Shown here piece after piece: positions 60,938 through 64,000 of a stretch of DNA of 64,000 bases. Source of the DNA: an uncultured Acidobacteriota bacterium (GTDB lineage Bacteria; Acidobacteriota; Thermoanaerobaculia; UBA5066). A program made the position numbers and the translations under genes. Every line of letters starts with the position of its first letter. Positions within the stretch are counted from its first letter, which is position 1. The stretch lies in the NCBI GenBank assembly GCA_963779415.1, contig CAVZYA010000002.1:288001-352000 (forward strand). Direction: 5' to 3'. The notes beneath the pieces were generated by a model. It saw nothing but the letters and a program-made list of their open reading frames with translations. It was not told the origin of the DNA and did no database searches.

Positions 60938-63344
60938 CGAGCACGGCGATCGTGACCGCCGGCCCCCCTTCCCGGGGCTCGCCCGGACGGTGAGCCGCGA
61001 CGCCCGGGTGGTCGTCGAGGAACTCGCGCACCGCGGCGGCGAGCCGCCCCGTCCCGTGGCCGTGGACGATCCGGAGCGATGAGCGCCCGGAGAGGAGGGC
61101 CGCGTTCAGAGCCTGCTCCACCTCGGGGAGCGCCTCGTCGACGCGCTTGCCCACGAGAACGATCTCGGCCGCCGGGGATGTGACCCCGCTCCCCGCCGCG
61201 GCGTGCGGCGGCGGAGCCGAGCGGGACGCGGATCGCGTCACGGCAACGGGCGAGGCGCCTCCAGCCGGCGCGAGGGCTGCCGCGTCCACCTTCATCCGTT
61301 TTCCGCCGAGATCCACCTCCGCCTCGCCGCGAGCCGCGTCGAGCCTGAGAAGCCTCCCCGTTGCCTTCCACGGCCTCACCCGGACCAGCTCTCCGACGGC
61401 GACGGGCCCTCCCGGGCCCTCATCCCCCTTCTCGTCCTCGACGAACTCGAGCGCGGCCTGCCGGGAGGCGTTCGTCACCGTCATGAGCGCCCCGCGTGAC
61501 ACCGCGCGCCCGGCCCGAAGCTCTTCCCTCAGCCGCTCGATCTCGCGGCGCGTCGTCTCCCGGAGCGCCTCGAGCGCCCGGTCGATCCGCTCGCGCGCCT
61601 TCTCGGCGAGTCGCGACTTCTCGGCCGTGAGCGCCGCCTTCTCGCGCGAAAGGAGCTCGAGGCGAGCCTCGGCCTCCGACGCGAGGGCCTGCGCCCGCTC
61701 CCGCTCGGCCCGGGCACCCCGCGTCTCGGCCTCGAGCCGCGCGACCGCCGCGTCCCCGGCCGCCCATGCGGCCCCGAGCCGCTCGCGCGCCGCGTCGAGG
61801 ACGGGGCGGGGGAGTCCCGCCCGCTCCGCGACCGCGAGGGCCCGCGAACGCCCGACCGCTCCGGGGCGGATCGCGTAAGTCGGACGGCCGCTCGCCTCGT
61901 CGAACTCCATCGCGGCCGAGAGGGCGGCGGGCTCGCCGTGTCCCCATTCCTTGACCGCGGCGAGGTGCGTCGTCGCGACGGTGAGCCCCCCGCGTACCGC
62001 CTCGTGCGCGAGAAGGGCAACGGCGAGCGCGCCCCCTTCGTCGGGATCCGTCCCGCTGCCGAGCTCGTCGAGTAGGACGAGGCTCTTCGGCGTCGCGCTC
62101 GCGAGGACGCGCGCCGTGCGGCTCATCGCCGCCTCGAACGACGAGAGGTCGCCGAGGAGGTCCTGCGCGTCGCCGGCGACGACGAGGACATGGTCGAAGA
62201 CGGGAAGGCTCGTTCCGCGCGAGGCCGGCAGGGCGAAGCCGGACTGCGAGAGGAGCGCGAAAAGGCCGATCGTCTTCAGGACGACCGTCTTCCCCCCCGC
62301 GTTCGGGCCCGAGAGGAGAAGGAGCCTCTTTCCATCCGGCATCTCGAGATCGAGCGGCACGGCGTCGGCGGCGCGCTCCGCCGCGTTCTCGCCGAAGACC
62401 TCCTCACGGAGCGGAGCGAGCCGCCGGTCGAGGAGCGGGTGCCGGGCGCCTCGCAGGACGACGCGGTCTCCCTCTTCCGGGAAGACGCCGTCGACGCGCG
62501 AGGACCACTCCGCGCGGGCCTGGAACGCGTCGAGTTCCGTCAGGACCCCGACCGCGGCGAGGAGATCCGCCTTTCGCGCCGCGAACCGGGCCGTGAGCGC
62601 GGTCAGGATGCGATGCACCTCTTCGCGTTCCTCCTCGAGCGCCTCCGCAAGGGCGTTATTCGCCTCCACGGCGGCGAGCGGCTCGACGAAGAGCGTCTGC
62701 CCCGAGCCGGATTTCTCGTGAACGATTCCCGGGAGAGCGTCGCGCCGGTCGGCGCGGAGCGGCAGGCAGTAGCGCCCCCCCTTTTCCGTGACGTACCCCT
62801 CCGACAGAAGGTCCGCTTTCTCCCGCGCCAGCTCCTCCAGCCGCTTCACGACGTCGCGGCGGAGGCGCAGGATGGCGGCCCGGACGGAGTGGAGCCGGAC
62901 GGTGGCCGTGTCCTTCACCCGGCCATCCGCCTCGAAGACGCGGTCCTTTTCCGACGCGAGGTCCGAGAGATCGACGAGGGGAGCGAGGAGCCCGGCCAGC
63001 GCCGGCAGCGCGAGGTCGGGGACCGGAACGGCGCGCCGCGCCCCTTCCGAGCGCTCCACGAGCGTAAAGAGGTCGAGCAGATCCTCCGGAGAGAGAGCGA
63101 GTCCCGACGGGCCGAGCGCGAAAAGGAGCTCGGCCCCTTCGTCGAGGCCGCCGATCGGGACCGGGGGACGCGCGGCGCGGCGGACGATCAGGTCGCGCGT
63201 CACGCTCCGGAGCCGCGCAACCTCCAGCGCCGTGCCCGAGGGCAAGAGGCCGAGGACGCGCTCGCGGCCCCGCTCCGTGGAACAAAAACGCCCGGCGAGC
63301 CGAAGCACGCCGGGCCAGTCGAGTTCGGAGAACGTCTCGTTCAG
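60930..63344 (-). CDS. mutS2: MutS2 with Smr domain (start codon uncertain)
   Basis: SGQTLFVEP, GPNAGGKT, DELGSGTDP, IVHGHGTG. Confidence 0.93.
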   Translation of the reverse strand: MNETFSELDWPGVLRLAGRFCSTERGRERVLGLLPSGTALEVARLRSVTRDLIVRRAARPPVPIGGLDEGAELLFALGPSGLALSPEDLLDLFTLVERSEGARRAVPVPDLALPALAGLLAPLVDLSDLASEKDRVFEADGRVKDTATVRLHSVRAAILRLRRDVVKRLEELAREKADLLSEGYVTEKGGRYCLPLRADRRDALPGIVHEKSGSGQTLFVEPLAAVEANNALAEALEEEREEVHRILTALTARFAARKADLLAAVGVLTELDAFQARAEWSSRVDGVFPEEGDRVVLRGARHPLLDRRLAPLREEVFGENAAERAADAVPLDLEMPDGKRLLLLSGPNAGGKTVVLKTIGLFALLSQSGFALPASRGTSLPVFDHVLVVAGDAQDLLGDLSSFEAAMSRTARVLASATPKSLVLLDELGSGTDPDEGGALAVALLAHEAVRGGLTVATTHLAAVKEWGHGEPAALSAAMEFDEASGRPTYAIRPGAVGRSRALAVAERAGLPRPVLDAARERLGAAWAAGDAAVARLEAETRGARAERERAQALASEAEARLELLSREKAALTAEKSRLAEKARERIDRALEALRETTRREIERLREELRAGRAVSRGALMTVTNASRQAALEFVEDEKGDEGPGGPVAVGELVRVRPWKATGRLLRLDAARGEAEVDLGGKRMKVDAAALAPAGGASPVAVTRSASRSAPPPHAAAGSGVTSPAAEIVLVGKRVDEALPEVEQALNAALLSGRSSLRIVHGHGTGRLAAAVREFLDDHPGVAAHRPGEPREGGPAVTIAVLDV

Positions 63345-63347
63345 CGT

Positions 63348-63554
63348 CTACATCCCCCCGCGGCGCTCTTCGGCGAGCTTCCGGAGCATCTTCTTTCGGG
63401 CGGCGATGGCCTTGCGCTTGCGCTTGGCCGAGGGCTTCTCGTAATGCTGGCGCTTCTTCAGCTCGGAAAGGATGCCGGACTTTTCGCATTTCCGCTTGAA
63501 ACGGCGGAGCGCGTTCTCGAAGGATTCGTCTTCCTTGACAACGATCAGCGGCAT
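63348..63554 (-). CDS. rpsU: 30S ribosomal protein S21
   Basis: [12 protein letters not shown]...HYEKPS. Confidence 0.97.
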   Translation of the reverse strand: MPLIVVKEDESFENALRRFKRKCEKSGILSELKKRQHYEKPSAKRKRKAIAARKKMLRKLAEERRGGM

Positions 63555-63760
63555 GTCGTCTCACCCCTCTCCCAGCCGAATTGACCCGCGTCGATAACGG
63601 GCGTAGCCGAACCTCAAATTCTATTCGCGAGAGCGAATCCCGTCAACGGACACCCCGGCCGAATCCGGCTGCCGGGCGGGGGGCCGCCCGGGTGCCTATA
63701 ATCGGCGTTCTGCCCCAGGCGGATTTTCCCCCGGAGGCTCCGAGAGGAGACGCTGACGCC

Positions 63761-64000
63761 ATGCCGGCCGACCCTGCCGCTACAAGACGCCTGATCGAAT
63801 CGCTCTCCACGCATCTCGAGGACCACCTCGCGACATGGAAGTCGTCGCTCGTCGACGCGCGGCGCGACATCGAGGCGCTCCTTGCGGCCATCTCCGACAA
63901 GATCCCCGCCCAGGCCAAGCCGCTCTTCCCCGAGGACGTCGTCTCCATGATGCTGGAGGACGTCATCCCGCCTCCGCCGCCGCCCGAAACCAGGATCGTC
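63761..64000 (+). CDS. Hypothetical protein, 5' part (runs off the window)
   Basis: GAGGAG RBS, ATG 63761, open to the window end. Confidence 0.6.
   Translation, partial: MPADPAATRRLIESLSTHLEDHLATWKSSLVDARRDIEALLAAISDKIPAQAKPLFPEDVVSMMLEDVIPPPPPPETRIV

Overview
High-GC bacterial chromosome segment. Gene content and style suggest Acidobacteriota, probably Thermoanaerobaculia-like (inference). The left ~25 kb is accessory DNA: a decayed integron-like cassette array with degenerate attC sites; a patatin-rich locus bracketed by a ~605-bp direct repeat; three copies of a conserved operator/sigma70 promoter; a lower-GC island of secreted and membrane proteins ending at a tRNA-Gln 3' fragment; a Trypco2-like lipoprotein; frameshifted radical SAM and Ser/Thr kinase-TolB genes; and a nucleotidyltransferase pair. 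The right ~39 kb is mostly core: a DUF2298/Agl23/GT2 glycosylation cluster, an octaheme HAO-like cytochrome, a beta-propeller surface protein, a desaturase, a fused E1 dehydrogenase, pyrK-pyrD-pyrF, lepA-lepB, yggS, RNase H, a tRNA(CAT) and rpsU-mutS2-dnaG-rpoD. The most striking candidate is a membrane sensor-HAMP protein fused to an apparently intact (p)ppGpp synthetase domain (46525-48108). Scattered single-base frameshifts and a poly-T filler suggest long-read or assembly errors, so pseudogene calls are tentative. All family assignments come from reading motifs by eye, not from database searches.
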